From Acidobacteriota bacterium (GTDB lineage Bacteria > Acidobacteriota > UBA6911): 64,000 nt of DNA. Within the stretch, counting starts at the first letter, position 1; each line of letters begins with the position of its first letter. A program made the position numbers and the translations under genes. The notes beneath the pieces were generated by a model. It saw only the letters and a list, made by a program, of their open reading frames with translations, did not search any database and had not been told where the DNA came from. Location: positions 1,376,001-1,440,000 of the forward strand of contig OY761556.1 in assembly GCA_963664705.1 (NCBI GenBank), written 5' to 3'. Shown here one piece after another: positions 48,990 through 58,375 of the stretch.

Positions 48990-49500
48990 CGCCTGTTATT
49001 TGCCCGGAGCCTCGGGGCCTAGAACCAATGGTAGGTGACATTGGGGGAGATGCCCAATGCCGCATGTTATTTGCGCAAGGAATCTGGAACGCGGTGCATC
49101 CGCGCCCCGAAGTTTAGGCAGAAAGGTCGACAATTATTCCTGCGCTGGGTCGAACCCAATCCCAGCCCCGGCAGGGGGCGATTAGAAAGGTCGACAATTA
49201 TTCCTAAGCTGGGTCGAACCCAATCCCAGCCCCGGCAGGGGGCGATTAGAAAGGTCGACAATTATTCCTAAGCTGGGTCGAACCCAATCCCAGCCCCGGC
49301 AGGGGCGGTCAGAACGTAGCCGGGGGTGAAGCGAAGCGAACCCCCGGATAGCATGAAAGTAAAAAGAGCCCCGGAAGGGGCGAAAGATGGGCCTGCTGCC
49401 GCCCCTCAGGGCTTGTTACTGGGCTAATCCAATCCGGGGGTTCGCTGCGCTTCACCCTTGGCGGGGCCCCCTCCGGGCCTGGTGCTTCACTCGCATCGCA
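48990..49500. repeat. REPIN-like element with three 64 bp tandem units
   Basis: Units start at 49120, 49184 and 49248; GTAG-REP at 49316; shares leader and 46 bp subunit with the 8.4-10.1 kb array. Confidence 0.88.
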
Positions 49501-49657
49501 GGGCAGTGGACAACTAATATGCTGCATTGGCCGGGGCGGCGGCACTCCCGGTGCTGCCAGCGCAAATTTTTTCCTGTTGCATGCTCGACACCATATAGAC
49601 ACAGAGGGGGGGATGATGGTAAGCTTTGATCCCTCTAAGGTGTTGAAAACAAAATGT

Positions 49658-49735
49658 GCGCCTGTAGCTCAGTTGGATTAGAGCGTCGGTCTCCGGAACC
49701 GAAGGTCGCAGGTTCGAACCCTGCCAGGCGTACCA
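49658..49735 (+). tRNA. tRNA-Arg(CCG)
   Basis: Acceptor GCGCCTG/CAGGCGT, anticodon arm TCGGT-CTCCGGA-ACCGA, T-loop GTTCGAA, encoded CCA. Confidence 0.96.
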
Positions 49736-49892
49736 CTTAAATCCTTCATTTCTAATTTCTTACCGTCACTCCATCGAAACCATCTTCAGCTTCTCAAATC
49801 TTTGGGTAGGCGATCGGTCCTCATTTGCGTTCTTGGAGATAGAACCGGCTAAATGGGAGGCCCGTCAATTGGATTAGAATAGGCCCAATATT

Positions 49893-52800
49893 TTGTGGAG
49901 GGTTTCGGTGCGAGTTTGGTGGACTGCCTGCATATTGCTTTGTGTCGCGAGTTTCAGCGCATTTACTCAAAGTGGGATCATCACAACCTACGTCGGTCCT
50001 CCAATGCCGGCAGAGGGCGGCTTGGCGGGTGCTGCATCCATCGGCCACCCGGTATCCGTTGCTTCAGATCGAGCCGGTGGGTTTTATTTTGCCAGCTATG
50101 ACCAAGCCAGAATCTATAGAGTTACGGCACAGGGAAAGTTCAGTTTTGTGGCGGGAAATGGCACTTATGGCTTCAGTGGCGATGGCGGTCCTGCGACTTC
50201 GGCACAGATTAATATGGCAAGGGGGCTTGCTACCGACTCGGCTGGTACTCTGTTTTTTTCGGATGGCGCGAATGCTCGTATCCGCAAAGTGACACCCGAT
50301 GGTTTGATCCGTACTGTAGCCGGAACTGGCCTTGCGGGCTTCAGCGGAGATGGGGGGCCGGCGACTTTGGCACAAATAGACGCTCCGGAGTCTATTGTCC
50401 TGGATACGGCGGGGAATTTATTCTTTGCTGATATGTACAATGCGCGAATTCGCAAGGTGACACCGGGCGGCACCATCAGTACTGTGGCTGGGAATGGTGC
50501 CCAGGGGTTCGGAGGCGATGGTGGACCTGCTACTTCAGCAAAGTTGTGTTTTCCATATGGCGTAACAGTAGACGCGATCGGAAATCTGTACATTGCCGAC
50601 ACGGCCAATTCTCGTATCCGCAAAGTGACGAAGGACGGGCTAATCAGCTCCGTGGCAGGAAATGGCACCGTGGGTTATGAGGGGGATGGCGGACCGGCAA
50701 TCCTGGCAAAGATTGGGGGAATTCAAGGTATAACCGTCGATGCAGCAGGAAATCTGTTTATCGCGGATTCATCGGGCGGTTCTATTCGCAAAATAACGCC
50801 TGACGGTGTGATCAATACTGTTGCCGGAAACGGAACTCCCGGCTTCGGTGGAGACGGCGGACCCGCTACTGCGGCACAGATCAGCTATCCGATGGCCGTG
50901 GCTCTTGATACCCAAGGCTTTCTGTTCATCGCAGACTACTTTAATCAGCGCATCCGCAAGGTGGCTCCAGGCAGCGTATTGTTCGGCTCCGTGATCAGCA
51001 CCGCGGCGGGAAATGGCACAGAGGGTTTTAGCGGAGATGGCGGGCCTGCCAACTCCGCACAGATTCGTAATCCACTGGGTGTTACGGTCGACAAAGCAGG
51101 AAATCTCTACTTCGTCGATAACGGGAACAATCGCATTCGCAAGGTGACGCCCTCCGGCATCATCAGCACCATAGCCGGCGATGGGACACAAGGATTTGCC
51201 GGCGATGGCGGTCCTGCGACTTCGGCCAAGTTCGACGGAATTTTTGGCATAGCGGTCGACGCAGCGGGCAATCTATTCGTAACGGATGCGTATAATGCCC
51301 GCATTCGGAAAATTTCGCCGGATGGCAACATCAGCACCATCGCTGGGGATGGATTTCCAGGCAACAGCGGCGATGGCGGCCCTGCCATCTTCGCAAGATT
51401 TCAATGGCCGTATGGCATCACTGTTGACGCCATGGGGAATCTGTTTATCGCCGATACCGGCAACCAACGTGTCCGTAAAATTACTCCCCTGGGGGTGATC
51501 AGCACCGTTGCGGGCAATGGTACCAAGGGTTTTGGGGGGGATGGGGGACTCGCGACTTCTGCCCAATTCCAGTACCCGTATGGTTTAGCCGTGGATACGG
51601 CCGGCAATCTGTTTATCTCCGATATGTATAACCACCGCGTTCGCAAAGTGACGCCCGGCGGCATTATCAGTACCGTAGCCGGAGACGGAAGCCAGGGATA
51701 TCTGGGAGATGGTGGACCGGCCACTTTAGCCCAGCTCAGTTACCCACATGGTCTCGCAGTAGACGCGGTCGGCAATCTGTATATCGTCGACCAAATGGAC
51801 CAGCGTATCCGCAAGGTAACGCCCGAGGGAATTATCAGCGTTGTCGCCGGGTATGGGACTCAGGGCTTCAGTGGGGACGGAGGTCAGGCCGTTATGGCTG
51901 AACTCCGCATCCCATATGGCGTAGCCGTGGATACGGCCGGTAATCTATTCATATCGGACATGGAGAATGACCGCATCCGCAAGGTTTCCGCGATAGCGGC
52001 CTGTTCTGCATTGAACTTGACTGCCGGCGGAGTTGGGATGTGCCAGACGTCAGAGAGCCGTACTGTGGCAAAGGCCGGCTATGCGCGGTTTTCGGTTAAT
52101 ACCGGGGCCACGCCGTATGCCACAGCCGTATTCAGGTTCAGGCAGAATGGCGTAACCGTATCGGAAGCCGGAGTCCCCGCATCTCCCCCCACAACACAAG
52201 CTCGAGTATTTATCGAATATCGCAGTGAAACTGCGCCGACACCGGGACAGAGTGGCTCCGGCGCTGTAGATATAAATACGGGGATAGCGGCGGTTAATAC
52301 GGGGTCAGCAACAGCGAACATTGCCCTTGCTTTGAGAGCTCTGGATGGATCCATACTGGCGACCGGGCATGGGACCCTACCGGCTGGCAGGCACTTCTCG
52401 AAGTTCGTCGATCAATTGAAGGATATAGCCTCGGATTTTATCTTCCCTGCCGGTTTTTCCAGTGATCTTCATTTTGGGTCGCTGGAAATCTCGAGTGACC
52501 AACCGCTATCGTTATTGGCCGTACGCGGTGCGGTGAATCAGCGCAATGAATTTTTGACCACTACGACGCCGGTCGCAGACATGACTCAATTGTTGAGCAA
52601 TAGCGCAGTGTATTTCCCGCAAGTAGCGGATGGTGGAGGATACAGCTCATCCTTGTTGCTTATGAATACATCGGCGGGGACCGAGAGTGGAATATTGCAA
52701 ATATTGGATAATGATGGGAATCCCATGGCTGTAACACAGGCGGGCGGAGCATCGGATTCATCCTTCAGATATGCAATCCCGGCAGGCGGAGCGTTCAGGT

Positions 52801-53429
52801 TTCAAACGAGCGGTGCCCCGGCTGTAACAAATACGGGATCGATAAGGCTCATACCGGATTCCAATAACCCGGTGCCTATCGCATCCGGAGTGTTTAGTTA
52901 CAAAGCCGGCGGCGTATTGGTTTCGGAATCCGGGATCGCAGCGGCGCTGCCGACAACCCACGCCCGGGTGTATGTGGATTTGTCGAACAATCACAACACG
53001 GGCCTGGCTATAGCAAATGTGGATTCGGTGGCGGCGAGCATAGAGGTAACCGCATATTCGACGGATGGGACAACGGCGATAGGTACCATCCAGGGTCCGC
53101 TGAAACTGTCGGCCGGAGGACACGAGGCGAAGTTTGCCGATCAACTCATCTCCGGATTGCCCCCGAATTTTGCCGGAGTATTGGATATCCGATCCTCGTG
53201 TCCGTTTGCAGTGCTAACAGTGAGAGCGCTGGTGAATGAGAGAAATGAACCACTAATGACAACTTTCCCCGTTGCAGATGTAAATAGAGCAGCTCCCTCC
53301 ACAATGTTGTTTCCCCAGATTGCTGATGGCGGAGGTTATGTGACGGAGTTCATCCTGGTGAGTGCAGGGCAAGCATCTGGGACGACTCTTAGGTTTTATG
53401 ATGAAGATGGATCCGCCGCTGCTTATTGA
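49893..53429 (+). CDS. Secreted NHL-repeat beta-propeller protein
   Basis: About 12 repeats of 56 aa (AGNG..GFSGDGGPA..A...P.G..VD..GNL.IAD..N.RIRK); C-terminal duplicated domain with FPQ.ADGGGY. Confidence 0.92.
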   Translation: MWRVSVRVWWTACILLCVASFSAFTQSGIITTYVGPPMPAEGGLAGAASIGHPVSVASDRAGGFYFASYDQARIYRVTAQGKFSFVAGNGTYGFSGDGGPATSAQINMARGLATDSAGTLFFSDGANARIRKVTPDGLIRTVAGTGLAGFSGDGGPATLAQIDAPESIVLDTAGNLFFADMYNARIRKVTPGGTISTVAGNGAQGFGGDGGPATSAKLCFPYGVTVDAIGNLYIADTANSRIRKVTKDGLISSVAGNGTVGYEGDGGPAILAKIGGIQGITVDAAGNLFIADSSGGSIRKITPDGVINTVAGNGTPGFGGDGGPATAAQISYPMAVALDTQGFLFIADYFNQRIRKVAPGSVLFGSVISTAAGNGTEGFSGDGGPANSAQIRNPLGVTVDKAGNLYFVDNGNNRIRKVTPSGIISTIAGDGTQGFAGDGGPATSAKFDGIFGIAVDAAGNLFVTDAYNARIRKISPDGNISTIAGDGFPGNSGDGGPAIFARFQWPYGITVDAMGNLFIADTGNQRVRKITPLGVISTVAGNGTKGFGGDGGLATSAQFQYPYGLAVDTAGNLFISDMYNHRVRKVTPGGIISTVAGDGSQGYLGDGGPATLAQLSYPHGLAVDAVGNLYIVDQMDQRIRKVTPEGIISVVAGYGTQGFSGDGGQAVMAELRIPYGVAVDTAGNLFISDMENDRIRKVSAIAACSALNLTAGGVGMCQTSESRTVAKAGYARFSVNTGATPYATAVFRFRQNGVTVSEAGVPASPPTTQARVFIEYRSETAPTPGQSGSGAVDINTGIAAVNTGSATANIALALRALDGSILATGHGTLPAGRHFSKFVDQLKDIASDFIFPAGFSSDLHFGSLEISSDQPLSLLAVRGAVNQRNEFLTTTTPVADMTQLLSNSAVYFPQVADGGGYSSSLLLMNTSAGTESGILQILDNDGNPMAVTQAGGASDSSFRYAIPAGGAFRFQTSGAPAVTNTGSIRLIPDSNNPVPIASGVFSYKAGGVLVSESGIAAALPTTHARVYVDLSNNHNTGLAIANVDSVAASIEVTAYSTDGTTAIGTIQGPLKLSAGGHEAKFADQLISGLPPNFAGVLDIRSSCPFAVLTVRALVNERNEPLMTTFPVADVNRAAPSTMLFPQIADGGGYVTEFILVSAGQASGTTLRFYDEDGSAAAY

Positions 53430-53442
53430 AGTCCACCAAATA

Positions 53443-53945
53443 ATGGGTGTCCAGATTTTCCGATTTTCTCTTTCGCCCCTGCAGGGGCTCCGTCTTTCCT
53501 GATCTCAATCCAGGGGTTCGCTGCGCTCACCCCTGGCTACGTTCTTTCGGCCCTCCGGGCCTGACAAAATCTCAAAATCTGGACACCCATAACAAAATCT
53601 GGACACCCACTAAAATCTGGACACCCATCATTCGGCTGGGCGCGCTATCCCGACGGCATCAGTGCCATGGTAGTAATGCGCCCCTGCCGGCGAGACGACT
53701 AATGCCATTTACTATTTTTCGGGCGTTTTTCCTTCGCCTCCCCGGGCTCGCAAGCTCGCCCGGGGCTACTATCCTTTGCGCCTTTGGCGCTTAGGGTCGA
53801 TGCAACAGGATCCAGCCCCGGCAGGGGCGGTCAGAATGTAGCCGGGGGTGAAGCGAAGCGAACCCCCGGTTCTCAATCACGGAATAGACAAGCCCCGGTA
53901 GGGGCGAAAGAAAATCAAAATCTGCAAAAATTCTGGACACCCATC
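53443..53945. repeat. REP cluster with GGACACCCA repeats
   Basis: Inverted REP about 53510-53540, variant REP about 53740-53769, GTAG-REP at 53838; AAAATCTGGACACCCA three times at 53574-53627. Confidence 0.82.
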
Positions 53946-55029
53946 ATTCGCGGGTGAGGCTCTTCAGCATCTGCGTTGCATTTGCATTTTCCGGATTCAA
54001 CTCGAGCGATTTTTGGTAGTTTTTAATGGCCAGGTCCTTTTGCCCGTTCTTCATGTAAGCTTCCGCAAGGCTGTCGAAGGCGTTCGCCGATTTGGGAAAT
54101 CTCTCGGCATTTACATTCAGTATTTCAATGGCCTCGGAGAATTTTTGCGCATTGAGAAGTTGATATCCATACACATTGACCTTGTTTTCGGCAATGGAGT
54201 AATCCCGTAACGCAAGTCGGAAAATGACGGCGGAATCCGAGGCCTTTCCGGCGAGCAGCAGACGGTGGCTCATCTCCAGCAGTACATCGGCGCCGAAATA
54301 ATAGTCCTCCGGATTCTTTTGCCGCAGTTCATCATAGAGTTTAACGGCCGAGCCGACGCCTTTGGCCCCCAGGGCTTTTGCCATGGCTTCAGTCACGGCC
54401 GGAGGGGTCTGCAGTTCGAGGTAAAAAGAAGGATTGTTATCTTTGGCGGACAGGACCTTGAATCCCGTTTTCCGGGCAAGGTCGATATAGTACTGCATGT
54501 TCTGATCGGCGTTTTGCGGAAACCTGGCACCATAACCGGTTGTGATTTCCGTATGGGGGAGCCGGAACTTGAACTTGTACACCCCGAATTCCTTTGAGGG
54601 GTCCTTCCAGACCGGCAGATTCACATCCCAGATCAAGAGCCGCCCGCCATGTTTCAACACGCGCTTTACTTCCTGGAAAACCTTTTCATGGTCTCCGGCG
54701 CCTATGTACATCAATGTGTAGAAAATCGCCGTCGTGTTGAAACTGTTGTCGATAAACTTGAGATCTCTGCCGTCCATCACTATTTTCAGGTTGGTGGATG
54801 GGGCATTTTCGAGTTCGTCCTTGTAAGGATCGATTGAAATGACCTGGTTGCCCTTCAGTTGCCCGATGACGCCTTCGCCGCCCCCGCCTATGTCCAGGAT
54901 GAAACCTTCCGCCGGGAAGTCGGCAACCGCGACTTCCTGCCGCTCGAAATAAACGGCCTTTGGATTCTGAGCGAAAGAAAAGGGAAGAAACAAAGCTATC
55001 GCAACAACCAGCAAACCGAATCTATTCAT
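53944..55029 (-). CDS. Class I SAM methyltransferase with C-terminal TPR, N-terminal signal-like segment
   Basis: ILDIGGGGEG, MDGRDL.F.DNSF, RVLKHGG; TPR FP.SANAFDSLAEAY...YQKSLELNP. Confidence 0.82.
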   Translation of the reverse strand: MNRFGLLVVAIALFLPFSFAQNPKAVYFERQEVAVADFPAEGFILDIGGGGEGVIGQLKGNQVISIDPYKDELENAPSTNLKIVMDGRDLKFIDNSFNTTAIFYTLMYIGAGDHEKVFQEVKRVLKHGGRLLIWDVNLPVWKDPSKEFGVYKFKFRLPHTEITTGYGARFPQNADQNMQYYIDLARKTGFKVLSAKDNNPSFYLELQTPPAVTEAMAKALGAKGVGSAVKLYDELRQKNPEDYYFGADVLLEMSHRLLLAGKASDSAVIFRLALRDYSIAENKVNVYGYQLLNAQKFSEAIEILNVNAERFPKSANAFDSLAEAYMKNGQKDLAIKNYQKSLELNPENANATQMLKSLTRE

Positions 55030-55350
55030 AAACCCCCGCCCGCAAGACAATAAGACCAGCAAAAACCAGAAAAACCAGGACACCCACCCATTTTTACACA
55101 GTTTCAGAATCTACCACATGATGGGTGTCCCCGTTTTCTGGTTTTCTTTGTGTAATTGGTGAAATTCGTGGCCCTTTTTTCCTGGAAGCAGCTTGTCCTC
55201 CATACCCGGTTTTGCCGGCGACAATCGACCGGGGAGGCGGAGGCTGAAAGGCGCCGGGCTGGAATAAAAGCGCGAACGCGAGGAATATATATATAGGAGC
55301 GCCTCAAATGACTGCGGGCGCGGACGTGGTGGAAACACAGGAGGCCGAAT

Positions 55351-56295
55351 ATGTTGATTCGGAAAAGTATGGAGATTCCTTATTCTGAGGTGACGCCCAG
55401 ATCGCTTTATGTAAACCGCCGCAGTTTTATCGCGCATCTGCCTGTGGCTTTGCTCGGCATGCGTGAACTGCTGTTTCCGGCCGCGACCGTTCAGGCGGGA
55501 ACCCCCCTGGGGAATCTCTCGAAGAGCCCCTTCAGCACAAGCGAAAAGGCGACTCCGGCAAAAGATGTCACTTCATATAACAATTTTTATGAGTTTGGCA
55601 CGGAGAAGGATCAACCCTCCCGGCTGGCAAAGAATTTCCGAACCAGCCCATGGTCGGTTTCGGTGGAAGGGGAGGTGGCCAGGCCGCGCAAGTTCAGTAT
55701 TGAGGAAATCCTGAAGCTCGCGCCTCTGGAGGAACGCATTTATCGCCACCGCTGTGTGGAGGGGTGGTCGATTGTGGTGCCCTGGGTCGGCTATTCGTTG
55801 AGTTCACTGCTCAAGCAGGTGGAACCCGGACCCAAGGCAGCGTTTGTTTACTTCGAAACCTATTATGATCCGGCGCAGATGCCCGAAGGCCGGCATGCCG
55901 GCATTCCACTGCCTTACGTCGAAGGGCTGCGCCTGGATGAAGCCATGAATCCGTTGGCGCTGTTGTGCGTCGGGATGTATGGCGAAATGCTGCCGCCGCA
56001 GGATGGAGCGCCGGTGCGCCTCGTTGTGCCCTGGAAATACGGATTCAAGAGCATTAAATCCCTGGTCAAAATCAGGCTTGTGAGCAGTCAGCCGCGGAAC
56101 ACGTGGAATGTATCCAATTCCAGGGAATACGGCTTCTATGCCAATGTGAATCCCACTGTCGACCACCCGCGCTGGAGCCAGGCCAGCGAACGGAGGCTGG
56201 GAGAACTGCGGCGCCGCCCGACCCTGATGTTCAACGGTTATGCAGACCAGGTTGCCCACATGTACGCGGGCATGGACCTGAGAAAAAATTACTGA
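55351..56295 (+). CDS. msrP: Methionine sulfoxide reductase molybdoenzyme MsrP
   Basis: RRSF Tat motif, YNNFYEFG, YRHRCVEGWS, VPWKYGFKSIK, HPRWSQ. Confidence 0.96.
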   Translation: MLIRKSMEIPYSEVTPRSLYVNRRSFIAHLPVALLGMRELLFPAATVQAGTPLGNLSKSPFSTSEKATPAKDVTSYNNFYEFGTEKDQPSRLAKNFRTSPWSVSVEGEVARPRKFSIEEILKLAPLEERIYRHRCVEGWSIVVPWVGYSLSSLLKQVEPGPKAAFVYFETYYDPAQMPEGRHAGIPLPYVEGLRLDEAMNPLALLCVGMYGEMLPPQDGAPVRLVVPWKYGFKSIKSLVKIRLVSSQPRNTWNVSNSREYGFYANVNPTVDHPRWSQASERRLGELRRRPTLMFNGYADQVAHMYAGMDLRKNY

Positions 56296-56297
56296 AT

Positions 56298-57878
56298 ATG
56301 CTGCGCAGTCGGCGGATCAAAATCCTGATGTTTGTTCTATGCCTGGCCCCTCTGGGCTGGCTTGGCTGGAAAGCCTGGAACGATGATCTTTCAGCCAATC
56401 CCATTGAATACATTACTCACCTTACCGGAGATTGGACCATTCGGTTCATTGTCCTTACGCTGGCGATCACGCCGTTGCGCAAGCTGCTGCGCCTCCCGGA
56501 GCTGGTCCGCTTCCGCCGCATGCTCGGCCTGTTTGCCTTCTTCTATGGCTCCCTTCATTTCCTCACGTGGCTGGGGCTGGATAAGTTATTTGATATTAAG
56601 GAAATCGCACAGGATTTAACGAAGCGTCCCTTCATCATCGCCGGGGCCCTCGGCCTGTTGTCGATGCTCCCGCTGGCGATTACGTCCACTAAAGGCTGGA
56701 TACGGCGATTGGGGATCGAACGCTGGCGACTGCTCCATCGCCTGGTTTACGGTGCCGCGATCGCGGGGGTAGTGCATTACTATTGGCTCGTGAAATCCGA
56801 CATCCGATGGCCGGCATTCTATGGAGCGCTGGTGGCGATTCTGCTGGCATCAAGGCTTGTGGGTTGGAAGAGCCGAGCCGGGAAAACGCTGGCGCTGAGG
56901 CTTTCAGATATCCGGCGACAGACTCACGATACGGTAACGTTGAGATTTCCGCTGCGTCGAAAAGACAAGCTGGATTGGAGACCGGGTCAGTTCCTTACTT
57001 TCGACTGGATTGTGGACGGGAAAAAACTGCCGCGATCCTATTCAATATCGTCCTCGCCGCTGCAGCGAGACTATTTCGAAATCACCGTGAAGCAGCAGGG
57101 CATTGTGTCGTCGTTTCTGAACCGCAGTGCGAAGGAGGGACTCAAGGTACGGGCACGCGGTCCTTTCGGGCAATTCTGTTTCGATGAAGAACGGCATTCG
57201 AGCATCGTCCTGTTCGCGGGGGGGAGTGGAATTACTCCCATCATGTCCATCCTGCAATATATCGAGGAGCGTAGCGCAAAGCCTGACATCACGCTTTTCT
57301 ATGCCGTTCGTACCGAGCATGACGTGATATTCGGAGAAGATTTGGAACGGTTGAAGGAACGATTATCGCGATTCCGCTGCTTCATTATTGCAAGCAGGCC
57401 GGGAAGCGGATGGCTTGGTCCAAGCGGGCATTTGAGCCGGGAAATCATTGAACCCAGACTGGGCCCAATCGATCATCAGATGTTCTTTCTTTGCGGGCCG
57501 GCTGCATTTATGACCGGCATGAAGGAAATCCTGATGGCGCTGGGTGCCGCGCCGAATCAGATCCGGCAGGAGTTGTTTACGGTGGGTACGGGGATGGCGG
57601 CGAATGCCAAGGCCGCAAGGTTTTCGGTGGAGTTCGCCAGATCCGGCGGGAATTATGAATGCTCCTCCGCCGATTATCTGCTCACCGTGGCAGAAAAGCA
57701 CGGCATCGATATCGAGTGCGGATGCAGGATTGGACAGTGCGGCACCTGTGCAACCCGGGTGCTCGACGGCGAAGTTGAGATGCAGGTGGAAGAGGGGTTG
57801 GATCCCGCTCTAAAAGAGCGCGGCTATCGCCTTCTTTGCGTCGGACAGCCACGGAGTCGTGTGTGCCTGGATGCGTGA
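56298..57878 (+). CDS. msrQ: MsrQ heme subunit fused to FNR-type FAD/NAD domains and a 2Fe-2S ferredoxin
   Basis: RRMLGL, LHFL, WRLLHRLVY, VHYYW; then RSYSISS, GPFG, AGGSGITP, LCGP, GCRIGQCGTC...LLC. Confidence 0.9.
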   Translation: MLRSRRIKILMFVLCLAPLGWLGWKAWNDDLSANPIEYITHLTGDWTIRFIVLTLAITPLRKLLRLPELVRFRRMLGLFAFFYGSLHFLTWLGLDKLFDIKEIAQDLTKRPFIIAGALGLLSMLPLAITSTKGWIRRLGIERWRLLHRLVYGAAIAGVVHYYWLVKSDIRWPAFYGALVAILLASRLVGWKSRAGKTLALRLSDIRRQTHDTVTLRFPLRRKDKLDWRPGQFLTFDWIVDGKKLPRSYSISSSPLQRDYFEITVKQQGIVSSFLNRSAKEGLKVRARGPFGQFCFDEERHSSIVLFAGGSGITPIMSILQYIEERSAKPDITLFYAVRTEHDVIFGEDLERLKERLSRFRCFIIASRPGSGWLGPSGHLSREIIEPRLGPIDHQMFFLCGPAAFMTGMKEILMALGAAPNQIRQELFTVGTGMAANAKAARFSVEFARSGGNYECSSADYLLTVAEKHGIDIECGCRIGQCGTCATRVLDGEVEMQVEEGLDPALKERGYRLLCVGQPRSRVCLDA

Positions 57879-57935
57879 CGAATCGGCCGGATGCCGGCGG
57901 GACGCCTAATGCTGATTGTCTTTTTTCGGACGTTT

Positions 57936-58305
57936 TTCTTTCGCCCCTTCAGGGCTTGTTACTGGTCTAATCCAATCCAGGGGTTCGCTGCGCTCACCCC
58001 TGGCTACTTGCTTTCGGCCCTCCGGGCCTGATTTTTGTTCCCTCTTTTGGGGCCGCCTCCGGGGCTGAATCTATGTTCCACCTATTTTCTGGCATGCCCT
58101 CCGTGCCTGGAGCTTTGTTCCATCTACACGAAGCGCCGAAGGCGCAAAAGGTAGCGGTCCTGGGCGAGCTTGCGAGCCCGGGCTATGTTCGCGGTTCAAA
58201 GAGCTCCGAAAGCGCCGGAGGCGCGGAAGAAAGTAGCCAGGGGTGAGCGGAGCGAACCCCTGGTAGAGATAAGCCTGAGAAAGAGCCCTGAAGGGGCGAA
58301 AGAAC
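57936..58305. repeat. REP cluster between convergent genes
   Basis: ccaggggttcgctgcgctcacccctggctac about 57977; gtagccaggggtgagcggagcgaacccctgg at 58233. Confidence 0.85.
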
Positions 58306-58375
58306 CGCAATTACAAAAAAACAAATTGCATTATTCGTAACCGCGGCGCGCCCGGTTTCACCCACGCCGGTTGAG

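Noticed and set aside
49120-49308. Mini-CRISPR with 64 bp period
   Set aside because: The whole 64 bp is near-identical between copies, so there is no spacer.
49658-53429. Integrative island at tRNA-Arg
   Set aside because: No integrase and no duplicated tRNA 3' end seen in the window.
56103-56297. msrP/msrQ overlap or frameshift
   Set aside because: msrQ has a proper ATG at 56298, just after the msrP stop; the extension is incidental.
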